A stretch of DNA of 64,000 bases from Chthonomonadales bacterium (lineage in GTDB: Bacteria; Armatimonadota; Chthonomonadetes; Chthonomonadales; CAJBBX01): contig JBMFSQ010000009.1 in NCBI GenBank assembly GCA_049967475.1, forward strand, positions 48,322 to 112,321. Reading direction: 5' to 3'. Below the pieces are notes generated by a model. The model did not search any database and was not told the origin of the DNA. It saw only the letters and a list, made by a program, of their open reading frames with translations. Positions 1 to 9,120 of the stretch are shown here, piece by piece. Every line of letters starts with the position of its first letter. The first letter of the stretch is position 1. The position numbers and the translations under genes are program-made.

Positions 1-1
1 A

Positions 2-55
2 CTCCTTGTGGAGATCGAGGCCATTGCGATCATCCCAAGCTCGCGGTCGTCGTAG
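2..55 (+). CDS. 3' end of a Rid/RidA (YjgF/YER057c/UK114)-family protein, partial
   Basis: Frame 2 reads LLVEIEAIAIIPSSRSS*; LLVEIEAIA is the typical Rid-family C-terminal motif; truncated by the window edge. Confidence 0.6.
   Translation, partial: LLVEIEAIAIIPSSRSS
30..30. other. Left window edge falls inside an upstream gene, so the context of the first operon is not visible
   Basis: The frame-2 ORF is open at the window start. Confidence 0.5.
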
Positions 56-160
56 ATCTGCGGGCGGCGTCTACTTGTGCATCGGGCCGGCAGGCATCCG
101 GCAACAAGCCATGGAGCGACATTGTGGCATTTGGGTGATCCGACAGAAGGAGAAGGACAC

Positions 161-1501
161 ATGAAGCACTGGGTGTCTACAGGCGCGGCATGGTTGCTCA
201 TCTCGGGGATAGCGTTGGCCGGGCCGCATCCCGCACACGCTCCGCGGATAGCGCCGCATCATGCCCGGCCCTACTACGCGAACACTCCTGCGGAACTCGT
301 GCCTTATAAGGGGATGCTCCACAAAGCCTACGTCGCCAACTTCTACGAAACGCCCCAAAAGTGGCTGGGTCCGGGGCGATCCGAGCGCGAACCCACCGTG
401 CGCCAGGTGAAGATCGGCTTTTTGGGACCTACAGGCAGCACGGGTCCGCTTGCGCCTTTCGGCAAACAGATGCTTCAGGGCGCGCAAATGGCCATCGCCG
501 ACGCGAATGCCGCAGGCGGGTACAAAGGGCGGCCGTTTGTGCTCTGCATCAACGAAGACAAGGCGCGCTGGGGCGACAGCAGCAACTCCATGGTAAAGAT
601 GTACTGTGATCAAAACGTCTGGGCTGTACTCGGCACCGTAGACAGCGCCAACTCCCACGTGATGATGCGCATCACCCTGAAGTTGCCCATCCCCGTAGTC
701 AATAGCGCAACCACAGATCAAACGCTCATGGAGCATCGCGTCCCCTTCATCACGCGGGTCATCCCCGATGACCGCCAATACGCCTATGCTACGGTTTGGT
801 ACCTCTTCAAGGATCGCGGATACCGCAACGTGGCGCTTCTCCGCATCAACAACCGTGATGGACGCTTCGCAATCCGCAAACTGATGGACGGCGCTCGCCG
901 CCTGGGCCATCCGTTCATCTTCGAACTGCGCTTCAACGACGGCGACACAGACTTTTCCGAACAACTTCAGCGGATCAAGGACAGCCCCGCCGACGCAGTC
1001 GTCGTCTGGGGCAATCCGCGAGAAACGGCCCTTATCGCGCGGCAGATGCGCCGCATGGGAATGCAGCAGCCCATTGTGGGATGGTTCCGTGCCGTTGATC
1101 CCGAAACCGTGCGGATCGGCGGCGAGGATGTCGAGGGGATGGTGTGCCCCTTCCCCTATGATCCGCAAAGCCCGGATCCATTGGCGCGACGCTTCCGCGA
1201 AAGGTTTCGCAAGCGGTACGGACAGGATCCGGGCGTCTTCGCGGCCTATGCATACGACGGCATGAAGCTCCTCACGGACGCCATCAAGCGCGCAGGATTG
1301 AACCGCGTGCGTATCGGCGATGCCCTCCTGCACCTGAAGGCCGTTCGAGGAGTTACAGGCCCCATCATCTTCGACGGAGCCCGAAATAACGTTCGCCGGA
1401 TTTATCTTGCACAATTAATCCATCACAAATTCTCCTTTCGACCGGCGACTGTGCCGCGACCCGGACTTCCTGAAGCGGAACAGAGCATGGCCCGCCGCTG
1501 A
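161..1501 (+). CDS. LivJ-like (branched-chain amino acid type) periplasmic binding protein
   Basis: Signal peptide MKHWVSTGAAWLLISGIALA; KIGFLGP..G, A..DANAAGG, AAYAYDG and GVTGPIIFD motifs; RBS GGAG before ATG 161. Confidence 0.85.
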   Translation: MKHWVSTGAAWLLISGIALAGPHPAHAPRIAPHHARPYYANTPAELVPYKGMLHKAYVANFYETPQKWLGPGRSEREPTVRQVKIGFLGPTGSTGPLAPFGKQMLQGAQMAIADANAAGGYKGRPFVLCINEDKARWGDSSNSMVKMYCDQNVWAVLGTVDSANSHVMMRITLKLPIPVVNSATTDQTLMEHRVPFITRVIPDDRQYAYATVWYLFKDRGYRNVALLRINNRDGRFAIRKLMDGARRLGHPFIFELRFNDGDTDFSEQLQRIKDSPADAVVVWGNPRETALIARQMRRMGMQQPIVGWFRAVDPETVRIGGEDVEGMVCPFPYDPQSPDPLARRFRERFRKRYGQDPGVFAAYAYDGMKLLTDAIKRAGLNRVRIGDALLHLKAVRGVTGPIIFDGARNNVRRIYLAQLIHHKFSFRPATVPRPGLPEAEQSMARR

Positions 1502-1522
1502 AATGTGATGAAGATCACAGCC
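1501..1522. promoter_or_regulatory. CRP/FNR-family (CRP-type) binding site
   Basis: AAA-TGTGA-tgaaga-TCACA (core 1504-1519) matches TGTGA-N6-TCACA exactly and lies about 115 bp upstream of the prepilin gene. Confidence 0.7.
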
Positions 1523-1633
1523 ATTCCGGCCCATGAATAGGGCAGGAATTCTCCTGATCCATAGCGAACCGCTTTACGGGTGCATCGCAGTGTGAGAATT
1601 CAGTGTTAATAATGCTTAATGGAGGAGTCTGCC

Positions 1634-2470
1634 ATGGCAAGAAGAAGCGCCCGTCAAGCGTTTACGCTCATCGAGCTGCTCGTGGTGATCGCGATCATCG
1701 CGATACTGGCCGCCATCCTCTTCCCGGTCTTCGCACAGGCTCGGGAGAAGGCGCGCGCCATCACCTGCGTGTCCAACATGAAGGAGCTCGGATTAGCGCT
1801 CATCATGTACCAGCAAGATTACGATGACCACTTCTGCCCGCCTCTGTGCTGGATCCCAGTGGGCAACTTCGACCAGGTCAACAGCCCCATGACCTGGGAT
1901 CGCCTCGTCCAGCCGTACATGAAAAATGTGGGCATCCTCTCCTGCCCCAGCGACATCTATTCGCCGGAGGTCAACACCTACCTTGGGAAGGTTAAGCGGT
2001 CGTACACCATGCCTGGGACCTTCGGATGGTGCTGGTTCTGCGGCAACGGCGGCATCGAGAACAATTACTCGTGCTGGAACAACGGTACGTTTGGCTGTGA
2101 GTTCTCCGTGCCCGTCGCCGGTGCCCAATATCCAGGTATCACAGTGATGCTCTATGAGCGGGATAACTGCAACTGGTCTACCGGCTGGTGGAACTGGTGT
2201 TCCGTGGGAGACGGCACCAACGAATTGGCGCTGCGGCACAATCATGCATCCAACCTCGTCTACGCCGACGGACACGTGCACCCAGTGGTAGGCGGGCAGC
2301 CAGGCAACTGGGCATCCAGCGGCACGTATCCTGTGCTTCCGGGGTACCGGTGCTGGCCCCACACCAATCCGCACCAGGCATCACGCTGGTCTGGAAATTG
2401 GCACGACATCCTGCCCGCTCACGATGGTATTGATGTAACGTGTGGCGGTAACCAGGGCAATTGGCCGTAA
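1634..2470 (+). CDS. Prepilin-type N-terminal cleavage/methylation protein, DUF1559 / H-X9-DG family
   Basis: [34 protein letters not shown]-terminus; [28 protein letters not shown] (H-X9-DG); RBS GGAGG. Confidence 0.95.
   Translation: MARRSARQAFTLIELLVVIAIIAILAAILFPVFAQAREKARAITCVSNMKELGLALIMYQQDYDDHFCPPLCWIPVGNFDQVNSPMTWDRLVQPYMKNVGILSCPSDIYSPEVNTYLGKVKRSYTMPGTFGWCWFCGNGGIENNYSCWNNGTFGCEFSVPVAGAQYPGITVMLYERDNCNWSTGWWNWCSVGDGTNELALRHNHASNLVYADGHVHPVVGGQPGNWASSGTYPVLPGYRCWPHTNPHQASRWSGNWHDILPAHDGIDVTCGGNQGNWP
1749..1771 (+). repeat. 23-bp direct repeat, copy 1 (AGGCGCGCGCCATCACCTGCGTG)
   Basis: Identical to 2866-2888. Confidence 0.85.
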
Positions 2471-2500
2471 CTCGTCGGATTGTTCCAGGAGGGTTAAGCC

Positions 2501-2770
2501 GTGAACAAATCACTCTCCCCGGCCATAGCGGCAGTGATCATTGTAATTGTAGTTGCCGTACTGGCGGTATGGGGATACAAAATGATGCAGCCGGCGCCGT
2601 ACACTCCGTCGCCTGGCGTGGCGGGTCAGCCTGCTGCACAGGTCCCCAATTACGGAACCCCGGGCAAGAGCGGTGCGCCCCCCGGCGCTCCCTCCAATGC
2701 GTCGCCCGTCGTTCCTCCAGCCGGGGCTACCCCTGGGATGCCTCCAGGCTATTCAGGAGCACCCAAATAG
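2501..2770 (+). CDS. Small single-TM, Pro/Gly-rich protein following the prepilin
   Basis: GGAGG RBS then GTG; N-terminal hydrophobic helix AIAAVIIVIVVAVLAVWGY; P/G/A-rich tail. Confidence 0.75.
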   Translation: MNKSLSPAIAAVIIVIVVAVLAVWGYKMMQPAPYTPSPGVAGQPAAQVPNYGTPGKSGAPPGAPSNASPVVPPAGATPGMPPGYSGAPK

Positions 2771-2783
2771 GCTGGGCTACGCG

Positions 2784-4040
2784 ATGCACCCTCCATTCCG
2801 TTGTCCTGTGCCCGGCTTTGGCGACGCTCCTTCCTTGAAGCCTCACCCGTCCCCGGGCCGGGCGCAGGCGCGCGCCATCACCTGCGTGCTTTGCCTCTTT
2901 TTCTCGGCTGTTACAAGCCCAAACGCCGTATCGTCGTGCCCCGCCGGAAGTCCCAATGCCCATGCCGACGTGCTCACCATCGGCGTCCTCGTTCCTTCTA
3001 CCGGCGCCTGGTCCTCCGAAGGAGCGGCTGTGAAGCAGGGTGTTCAATTGGCAGTTGGAGAAGCTCGGCGCATGGGGATCGGCGTGCGTGTCCTTGTACG
3101 CAGCGACGATGGGCTGTGGGGCAAAGGCGTTGCCCAGGTAACGGCGACCGTTTTTCGGGATCATGCCGACGTGTTGATCGGCGGCGTGGAGAGCACCAGC
3201 GCCCACATCATTGAGCAGATCGCCATGAAGGCGCGCATCCCGTTTCTAATCGCTTGGTCCGGCGATCCTACTCTTACGGCAGCGGGCGTCCCGTTTGCCT
3301 TTCGCTGTTCCCCGTCCGGCGAAGCATGGGCTCGCCTGCTGGAGGGTCTCATCCGTCGGCGGGGAATTGTCAAGCGCATCGGCGTGCGCGTAATCTGTTC
3401 CGACGATCGAGAGAGCCGGCGCTCCGCAGCAGCCTTTGTCCAGGCGGGCGCCCCTGGCGGGCGTGCGATTGGGCGCGCCGATTGCTGGATGGTGTCCAGC
3501 TTGGCGGCACGGACCCCACCCGTCGGCCGCGGTGTGCCCAGTCCCGGTGTCCCTGCGACACTGGCCTCCGTGGTCCAAAGGATCCGACAGCAAAGGGACT
3601 GCACATTCCTCGTCTTTGGTCCGCTCTCTTTCTGGAGGACCGTTAGGGCGCAGGCACCCCGGCATACACGCCTCTTGTGGTATGCGGATGTCCTCCCGGT
3701 AGATGCCGCGTTCCGGCGCAAAGCCTCATTGGCGCACATATCCGCACCGATCGCTGCCGCTGCCTGCGGCTACGACGCGGCGTGGGCTGCGATCCGCGCG
3801 GCGCAGGGCCGGCATACCGGGAATGGCGAAGCGCTCCGACGCGCACTGATGCGGCTACGTTATCACGGAGCCACGGGCCCATTGCGCTTCGACACGCGCG
3901 GCAATCGCGTGAGCTTCCCTCTGCTTCCTGCGGCGTGGCAGCGCCCTGCAGCACCGAGGAACGCGGAGCCGGCTCACGACGGAGCGGTGCCGGCATCAAT
4001 CACTCCCAGACGCCTCTTCGATGCCCCGCATGCGGCATGA
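2784..4040 (+). CDS. Divergent LivJ-like periplasmic binding protein
   Basis: LTIGVLVPSTG...G..V..GV.LAV.EA, DD.LWG, AACGYDA and GATGPLRFD.RGNR motifs; start codon uncertain. Confidence 0.7.
   Translation: MHPPFRCPVPGFGDAPSLKPHPSPGRAQARAITCVLCLFFSAVTSPNAVSSCPAGSPNAHADVLTIGVLVPSTGAWSSEGAAVKQGVQLAVGEARRMGIGVRVLVRSDDGLWGKGVAQVTATVFRDHADVLIGGVESTSAHIIEQIAMKARIPFLIAWSGDPTLTAAGVPFAFRCSPSGEAWARLLEGLIRRRGIVKRIGVRVICSDDRESRRSAAAFVQAGAPGGRAIGRADCWMVSSLAARTPPVGRGVPSPGVPATLASVVQRIRQQRDCTFLVFGPLSFWRTVRAQAPRHTRLLWYADVLPVDAAFRRKASLAHISAPIAAAACGYDAAWAAIRAAQGRHTGNGEALRRALMRLRYHGATGPLRFDTRGNRVSFPLLPAAWQRPAAPRNAEPAHDGAVPASITPRRLFDAPHAA
2866..2888 (+). repeat. 23-bp direct repeat, copy 2
   Basis: Identical to 1749-1771; both copies encode ARAITCV. 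Confidence 0.85.
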
Positions 4041-4499
4041 ATGAGCATGGCACACCGCCACTGCCAGGGCATCTGCTGCGTCGTCCGGCCGTGGAGGATT
4101 GTCCAGTCGGAGCAATCGTTGCACCATGTACTGAACTTGGCGTTTCTCCGCCGCTCCATAACCCACCACAGCCTCCTTCACGGCTGCAGGAGGATACTCA
4201 ACCCAAGGGATGGCACGCTGGGCAGCCGCCAAGAGCACCACTCCAATGGTCCTGCCCACACCCAAAGCGGTGGTCTCATTCTGCCCGAAATACAGGCGCT
4301 CCGTCACAAGGACTTCCGGCTGGTGCCTGTCGAATAAAGACAATACGTGGGTGTAGATGTGGATCAACCGTTGTGGCGGGGGATGTTTCGGGGGTGTGGT
4401 AATGACCCCATACTCGAGAACCGTAAGGGCTTGCCCTTCCTTCCGCACGACGCCGAAGCCGGTTCGAGCAATGCCCGGGTCTATTCCGAAGATGACCAT
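3996..4499 (-). CDS. ruvC: Holliday junction resolvase RuvC
   Basis: IFGIDPG..RTGFGVV; EYPP..VK.AVVGYG.AEK.QV..MV; PDDAADALAVA.CH. Confidence 0.97.
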   Translation of the reverse strand: MVIFGIDPGIARTGFGVVRKEGQALTVLEYGVITTPPKHPPPQRLIHIYTHVLSLFDRHQPEVLVTERLYFGQNETTALGVGRTIGVVLLAAAQRAIPWVEYPPAAVKEAVVGYGAAEKRQVQYMVQRLLRLDNPPRPDDAADALAVAVCHAHSCRMRGIEEASGSD

Positions 4500-4823
4500 T
4501 GCGCAAAGATCTCCTGGATTGCACACGCGTGGTCGGAAACTCCGAGCTTGCCGAGGCGCCGAAATACGCGGCACGCGATGCTTCATGCGCACGAAGGGCT
4601 CCATCAACAGCCCAACCCGTCCGGCCAGGCGGCACGCTGTGCGGCGCGCTCGTCCGGGGATTTCGCGTCGCAGCCGGGCACTCCTGCCCCGGGCGGCTCC
4701 GGCAGGCTCCCCCACATCTTATTGCGCTCCATATTGGGAAATCCCTGCGTTGCACCGCTTGCGTTGCTCGCCCCTACCGCTCACGGCCGCCGGCGCCGTC
4801 CGGCTAAACGGAGGTTCGGAACC

Positions 4824-7706
4824 ATGCACATGAGGACTTGGATCTTGGCAGCCGTCGCCTTGGGCTGGTACGCCGCGGCGCACGCCTCGCCTGTCGTCTT
4901 CTGGGTGTCGCAGCCGGTACAGCCCGGAGACACGGCCCTTGTGTTTGGAAGCGGGCTAGGCACCACGCGCCTGGTGAAGATTTGGCGGCTGGCCGACGGT
5001 CCAGTCAAGAACCCCAGCGCGCAGGTACGGCTGCCGGGCTCCGGATTGGCTCTGCGACCGGTCCAGCTAGATGACCGCGCCGCCAAGTTCATCCTGCCTC
5101 CCCACTGGAAAAACGGCGTTTTCGTGGCCCGGCTTCTGACACCCGGCGGGTCAACCGATGTCTGGATCAACCGCCCTGCGATCCTATGGGCGCAGGGCGA
5201 CGCAGGATTGACAAGTACTCCAGGAGGATGGGTGCGGGTATTCGGCACATCCCTCGGCCTGAAACGGCCCCGCATTTTCTTGGCCGCTGCGGGACGCGCC
5301 GTGCTCCTCGACGCCACACCCCTCTCACCCCTTGCGGTGCAAGCGCAGATCCCTGCGACACTCGCGCCCGGGAGATACCGCCTCTATGTGCACAATGGAT
5401 GCGGAGGCAGCCAGGGATGGAGTATGCCCGTGGTCTTTGCGGTCGAAGCTGCCCATTCTCCTTCCTCCCGCCTTGTCCGCATGCGTCCCAGCGAATGGTC
5501 GGACAATGATGCCGATCGCACACAATCGCTGCAGAGTGCACTAGACGAGCTTGGCAGGAAGGGCGGCGGCACCCTTCTTCTCGCGCGCGGGCGATACCGC
5601 TTGAGCGCCGGCCTGTCCATTCCTCCCGGCGTGACCCTTGCGGGGAGCGCCATGGCGGACACTGCCCTCTGTTGGCCCGACAGCGACAATCCTCCCGAGG
5701 CCCTAATCCGCGGCACAGGCAACTTCTGTGTGCGGGATCTCACACTCTACGCCACCAACCATCTCCACGGCATCGTGGCGGACCAAACCGGTCCCAACGC
5801 CGGGAATGTGCGGATCCTTCGCGTTCGGATGCGCCTCGATCCCTATCGCGGACATCTCACACCAGAGGAAGTCAATCGCCGCTTTACTGCCTCGCTCAAG
5901 CTCTCTACTGGGGGCGGCGATTCCCTGCGCCTGGGCGGGTCCAACGTCGTGGTCGCCTACTGCGACATTGACGGTGGCGGTCGGTGCCTTTACTTGAGCC
6001 GAGGCCAAGGAGTATGGATCCACCATAACACGTTCTACAATGGCCGCTGGGGCTGGTACTGCATCAGCGGGAGCAACGGCGTCATCTTCGAGAACAACGC
6101 GATCCTTGGCGGAGACCTCATGTCCACAGGTGGCGGGCTCAACTGCCTGGACGGCTCCATGGTGTCCCAGAACGTCTACTATGCGCGCAATCATCTGGCC
6201 CGAATGTACGGATGGGATCGCGAAGCCATGACCACAGACGCCGGGGGTGCAGCGTATTACGGACGCATCGCGGATGCGCAGGGCGAGCAATTGGAGCTGG
6301 CAGCGGATCCCCAATGGGGCGGCCGGGAATGGAAGGGCGCTGCCGTCTTCATCCTCGGCGGACGAGGAATGGGCCAATACCGCCAGATCCAATCCGCCCA
6401 TGGGCGGACCGTGACCCTAGACGAGCCGTGGCTGGTGCCGCCCGACGCATCGTCCATCGTAACGATCACCATGCTGCAGCGCAACTACCTGTTCGTGGAC
6501 AACACCTTCCAAGATGCCGGCATCGCCATCCAAATGTACGGTACGGCAGTGGGCAACATCGCCTACGGCAACACTTCTGCGCGCACGGGCGGCTTCCACA
6601 ACTTCGGAATGAATTACATGGGCGTTCAGCCCTCGTGGTTTGTGCAGTGGCTTTACAACCGCATCACGGAAGGCAATGTTTATGGCGGAGGCCACGACCA
6701 ATCCATGCAGATGGGTGAGGCGCATCTGGGTGTCTTCGCGTTGCCTCCGGGCATGGAACCCCAAGCCCCTGTGACACTTTGCGGCATCATCAGGGGGAAC
6801 AGGCTCGATCGAAATGCGCACCTCGCGGCGGGAGGGGCAGATCCCCCATCTCCGGGAACCACGTTCCCGTATACGCAGGAGGTCATCGTGGAGGGGAACA
6901 CCGTGCGTCACGCTTCTGTGGGCCTCACGGTGTCTCGAGCTGCAATCGGCATCCTTGCCCGCAACAACACCTTCGTGGATTGCAGCATCCCCGTGTCCGA
7001 CGAACAGGCCGATGAGCGCCGCGCAGCCCAGATGATCGCCCGGTTCATCCGCGAGCGCAAGCCGGTGCTGGAATGGCGAGTGGCGCGTGGTGATCGGCGA
7101 GCGGTGAGCCAGGTGCCGGACGTCTCGGGTCATGGCTTCGATGCCGTCGCCGCAGGTACGCTCGATGTGCACGCCGACGACCCGGAACATCCCTGCCTGG
7201 CATTCGACGGCCGCACCTATCTCACCGTGCCCATGGCCCGCATCTTGCGCCTCCCATCGTTCACTCTCTCCCTTTGGGTGAAGCCGCACAGACTGCGAGG
7301 CCGCTACGGGCTCGTGGCCAAGCGCTTCAACGGAGTTGCCGCACCCTTCATCCTCGGGCTTACAGACGGTCATCCGAGCTTCGAAGCAACGGATGCAGAC
7401 GGCCGCTGGTCCTTCAACTTCATATCGCCGGTCACTCTTGCGGCCGACAAGTGGGCCCGCCTAACGCTGGTCTTCCGGGCAGGTGAAGGAGCTGCACTTT
7501 ACGTTGATGGCCGCGCTGCCGGCTCCATTCACAACGCAAACGGTGTGATGCAAAACGAAGAGCCGCTCTGCATTGGGAGGGACGCATGGGGAGGAGACCC
7601 TCCGAAGGGTGACACGCCGGGTATCTTCTGCGGATGCATCGCAGACGTGGTCCTGTGGCCTGAGGCGAGGGAGCTCGGAACCGAAGGTCAGGCCGGCGCC
7701 CATTGA
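4824..7706 (+). CDS. Secreted right-handed beta-helix (pectin-lyase-like fold) protein with C-terminal LamG/ConA-like domain
   Basis: Signal peptide; D.T..LQ.ALD...GGGTLLL.RGRYRL (glycosyl hydrolase 28-related N-terminus); repeated IxxNxF strands; FTLSLWVKP...LYVDG...LCIG LamG pattern; RBS GGAGG. Confidence 0.75.
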   Translation: MHMRTWILAAVALGWYAAAHASPVVFWVSQPVQPGDTALVFGSGLGTTRLVKIWRLADGPVKNPSAQVRLPGSGLALRPVQLDDRAAKFILPPHWKNGVFVARLLTPGGSTDVWINRPAILWAQGDAGLTSTPGGWVRVFGTSLGLKRPRIFLAAAGRAVLLDATPLSPLAVQAQIPATLAPGRYRLYVHNGCGGSQGWSMPVVFAVEAAHSPSSRLVRMRPSEWSDNDADRTQSLQSALDELGRKGGGTLLLARGRYRLSAGLSIPPGVTLAGSAMADTALCWPDSDNPPEALIRGTGNFCVRDLTLYATNHLHGIVADQTGPNAGNVRILRVRMRLDPYRGHLTPEEVNRRFTASLKLSTGGGDSLRLGGSNVVVAYCDIDGGGRCLYLSRGQGVWIHHNTFYNGRWGWYCISGSNGVIFENNAILGGDLMSTGGGLNCLDGSMVSQNVYYARNHLARMYGWDREAMTTDAGGAAYYGRIADAQGEQLELAADPQWGGREWKGAAVFILGGRGMGQYRQIQSAHGRTVTLDEPWLVPPDASSIVTITMLQRNYLFVDNTFQDAGIAIQMYGTAVGNIAYGNTSARTGGFHNFGMNYMGVQPSWFVQWLYNRITEGNVYGGGHDQSMQMGEAHLGVFALPPGMEPQAPVTLCGIIRGNRLDRNAHLAAGGADPPSPGTTFPYTQEVIVEGNTVRHASVGLTVSRAAIGILARNNTFVDCSIPVSDEQADERRAAQMIARFIRERKPVLEWRVARGDRRAVSQVPDVSGHGFDAVAAGTLDVHADDPEHPCLAFDGRTYLTVPMARILRLPSFTLSLWVKPHRLRGRYGLVAKRFNGVAAPFILGLTDGHPSFEATDADGRWSFNFISPVTLAADKWARLTLVFRAGEGAALYVDGRAAGSIHNANGVMQNEEPLCIGRDAWGGDPPKGDTPGIFCGCIADVVLWPEARELGTEGQAGAH

Positions 7707-7768
7707 GCCGCAGCGCGGATGTAGTGTTCCACCACACAGGCACGGCGAGCGGGGAACCTGAGGCATCG

Positions 7769-8584
7769 CTATCTTCCCTGCTGCAATTGCAGGCCTGTCC
7801 ACCGGTAGAACCACCACACGCCTGCCAAAACCAGGCCGAAGCCGGCAGGACCCGCCAGGCTCCCCGGCATCCACCAATAGACTGCCACAAAGGCAAGAAG
7901 TATGGTGGCGCATACGATCCACCCTCGCACCAGGACCCCGCCCGTGTGAAGAGACTTCCGGCCTTCCCCGTGCCTGAAGCCGCTGGCGCGAGCCAGAGAG
8001 GCTCCACAATAGGAGCACCATATAAGTTCCGCCGGGTTCTGCCTGCCGCACGCAGGACACAATGCTTCGTCCGAACGCGCCTCGTCCCGTTGCCGCATCC
8101 AGTCGTCCAATTGAGGGCGGATGCGGAAGCTCAGCCGCGGGTACTGCTGAAGCGTCCAGGCCAGATGCTCGATGGCTTGATCCACCTCGCCTCGCCGATA
8201 GAGCGCTTCAGCGTAGGCGATGCGGGCCACGGGATCCATGGGATTGCGCTCGAGTGCTGCAGCGTATTGCTGGAAGCGCTCGTCCTCGATGCTGCGCAGG
8301 TCCGCCTGATCCTTGGCCCTGCCCAGGATGGGAGTGACGACCGCCGAGGCAAAGATGGCGAACAGCGCCGCCAGCGCCACAGGCTGCGGGGTGGTCATTG
8401 CCACCACGATGAGCCCCAAATAGAGGCCAAGGGACACGATGGCGAGCACCGGCTCCACGGCGCCCTCCATCCACCACCCGATCGTCCGAATGATGGGATA
8501 GGAAGCGGCGAGGAGAAGGAACATACAGGTGACGACGGCGAACATCGCGTCGCCGGGGCCACGGATGTTGTCCGGATTGAGCAT
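7769..8584 (-). CDS. Membrane protein with TPR and double zinc ribbon
   Basis: Three N-terminal TM segments; NPMDPVARIAYAEALYRRGEVDQAI (TPR); CPACG...CSYCG; two C-terminal TM segments. Confidence 0.75.
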   Translation of the reverse strand: MLNPDNIRGPGDAMFAVVTCMFLLLAASYPIIRTIGWWMEGAVEPVLAIVSLGLYLGLIVVAMTTPQPVALAALFAIFASAVVTPILGRAKDQADLRSIEDERFQQYAAALERNPMDPVARIAYAEALYRRGEVDQAIEHLAWTLQQYPRLSFRIRPQLDDWMRQRDEARSDEALCPACGRQNPAELIWCSYCGASLARASGFRHGEGRKSLHTGGVLVRGWIVCATILLAFVAVYWWMPGSLAGPAGFGLVLAGVWWFYRWTGLQLQQGR

Positions 8585-8590
8585 GGCGCA

Positions 8591-9082
8591 TCACCCCCGC
8601 CCGGTGAGCTCCCTGCGCTCCTCGAGCTGGGCGTCGCGTTTGGCAATCGCCTCGCGCTTGTCGTACAGCTTCTTGCCCTTGCCGAGGCCCAACTCCACCT
8701 TGGCGTGGCCTCGGTGGAAATAGACGCTCAAAGGAACCAGCGTGAGGCCCTTTTGCTCGAGGGCGCCGCGCAGACGGTCTATCTCCCACCGATGGAGAAG
8801 GAGCTTGCGCTTGCGGCGCGGTTCCGTGTTCCAGTGAGATCCCTGCTCATAAGGGGGAATGTGCATGTGATAGAGCCACGCCTCGCCATTCTCGATGCGC
8901 CCGAAGGCGTCTTGAAGGCTCCCGCGGCCGGCGCGAAGGGACTTTACCTCGGTGCCCACGAGCACCAGGCCGGCATCGAAGGTCTCCCCGATGTCATATT
9001 CGTGCCGGGCGCGCCGGTTCGTAATCACTACGCGGCGAGCATCCTGGGGATTGCGCGTCGGTTGTGCCTTCTGCTTGTGCAT
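8591..9082 (-). CDS. smpB: SsrA-binding protein SmpB
   Basis: NRRARHEY, AGLVLVGTEVKSLR, RKLLLHR, GKGKKLYDKRE. Confidence 0.98.
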   Translation of the reverse strand: MHKQKAQPTRNPQDARRVVITNRRARHEYDIGETFDAGLVLVGTEVKSLRAGRGSLQDAFGRIENGEAWLYHMHIPPYEQGSHWNTEPRRKRKLLLHRWEIDRLRGALEQKGLTLVPLSVYFHRGHAKVELGLGKGKKLYDKREAIAKRDAQLEERRELTGRG

Positions 9083-9120
9083 AGAGGCATCTTAGCAGAA
9101 ACCGCAGGCGGACGCAAGGG

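Noticed and set aside
1634..2900. Diversity-generating retroelement acting on the prepilin
   Set aside because: No reverse transcriptase and no roughly 100-bp TR/VR pair differing at adenines; only a 23-bp exact repeat
4824..7706. Pectin methylesterase supplying methanol to MtaB
   Set aside because: A beta-helix fold is likely, but the CE8 motifs (QDTL, DFIFG, LGRPW) are absent
8591..9120. tmRNA (ssrA) next to smpB
   Set aside because: The flanking gaps are only 6 and 38 bp, and no tRNA-like ends were seen
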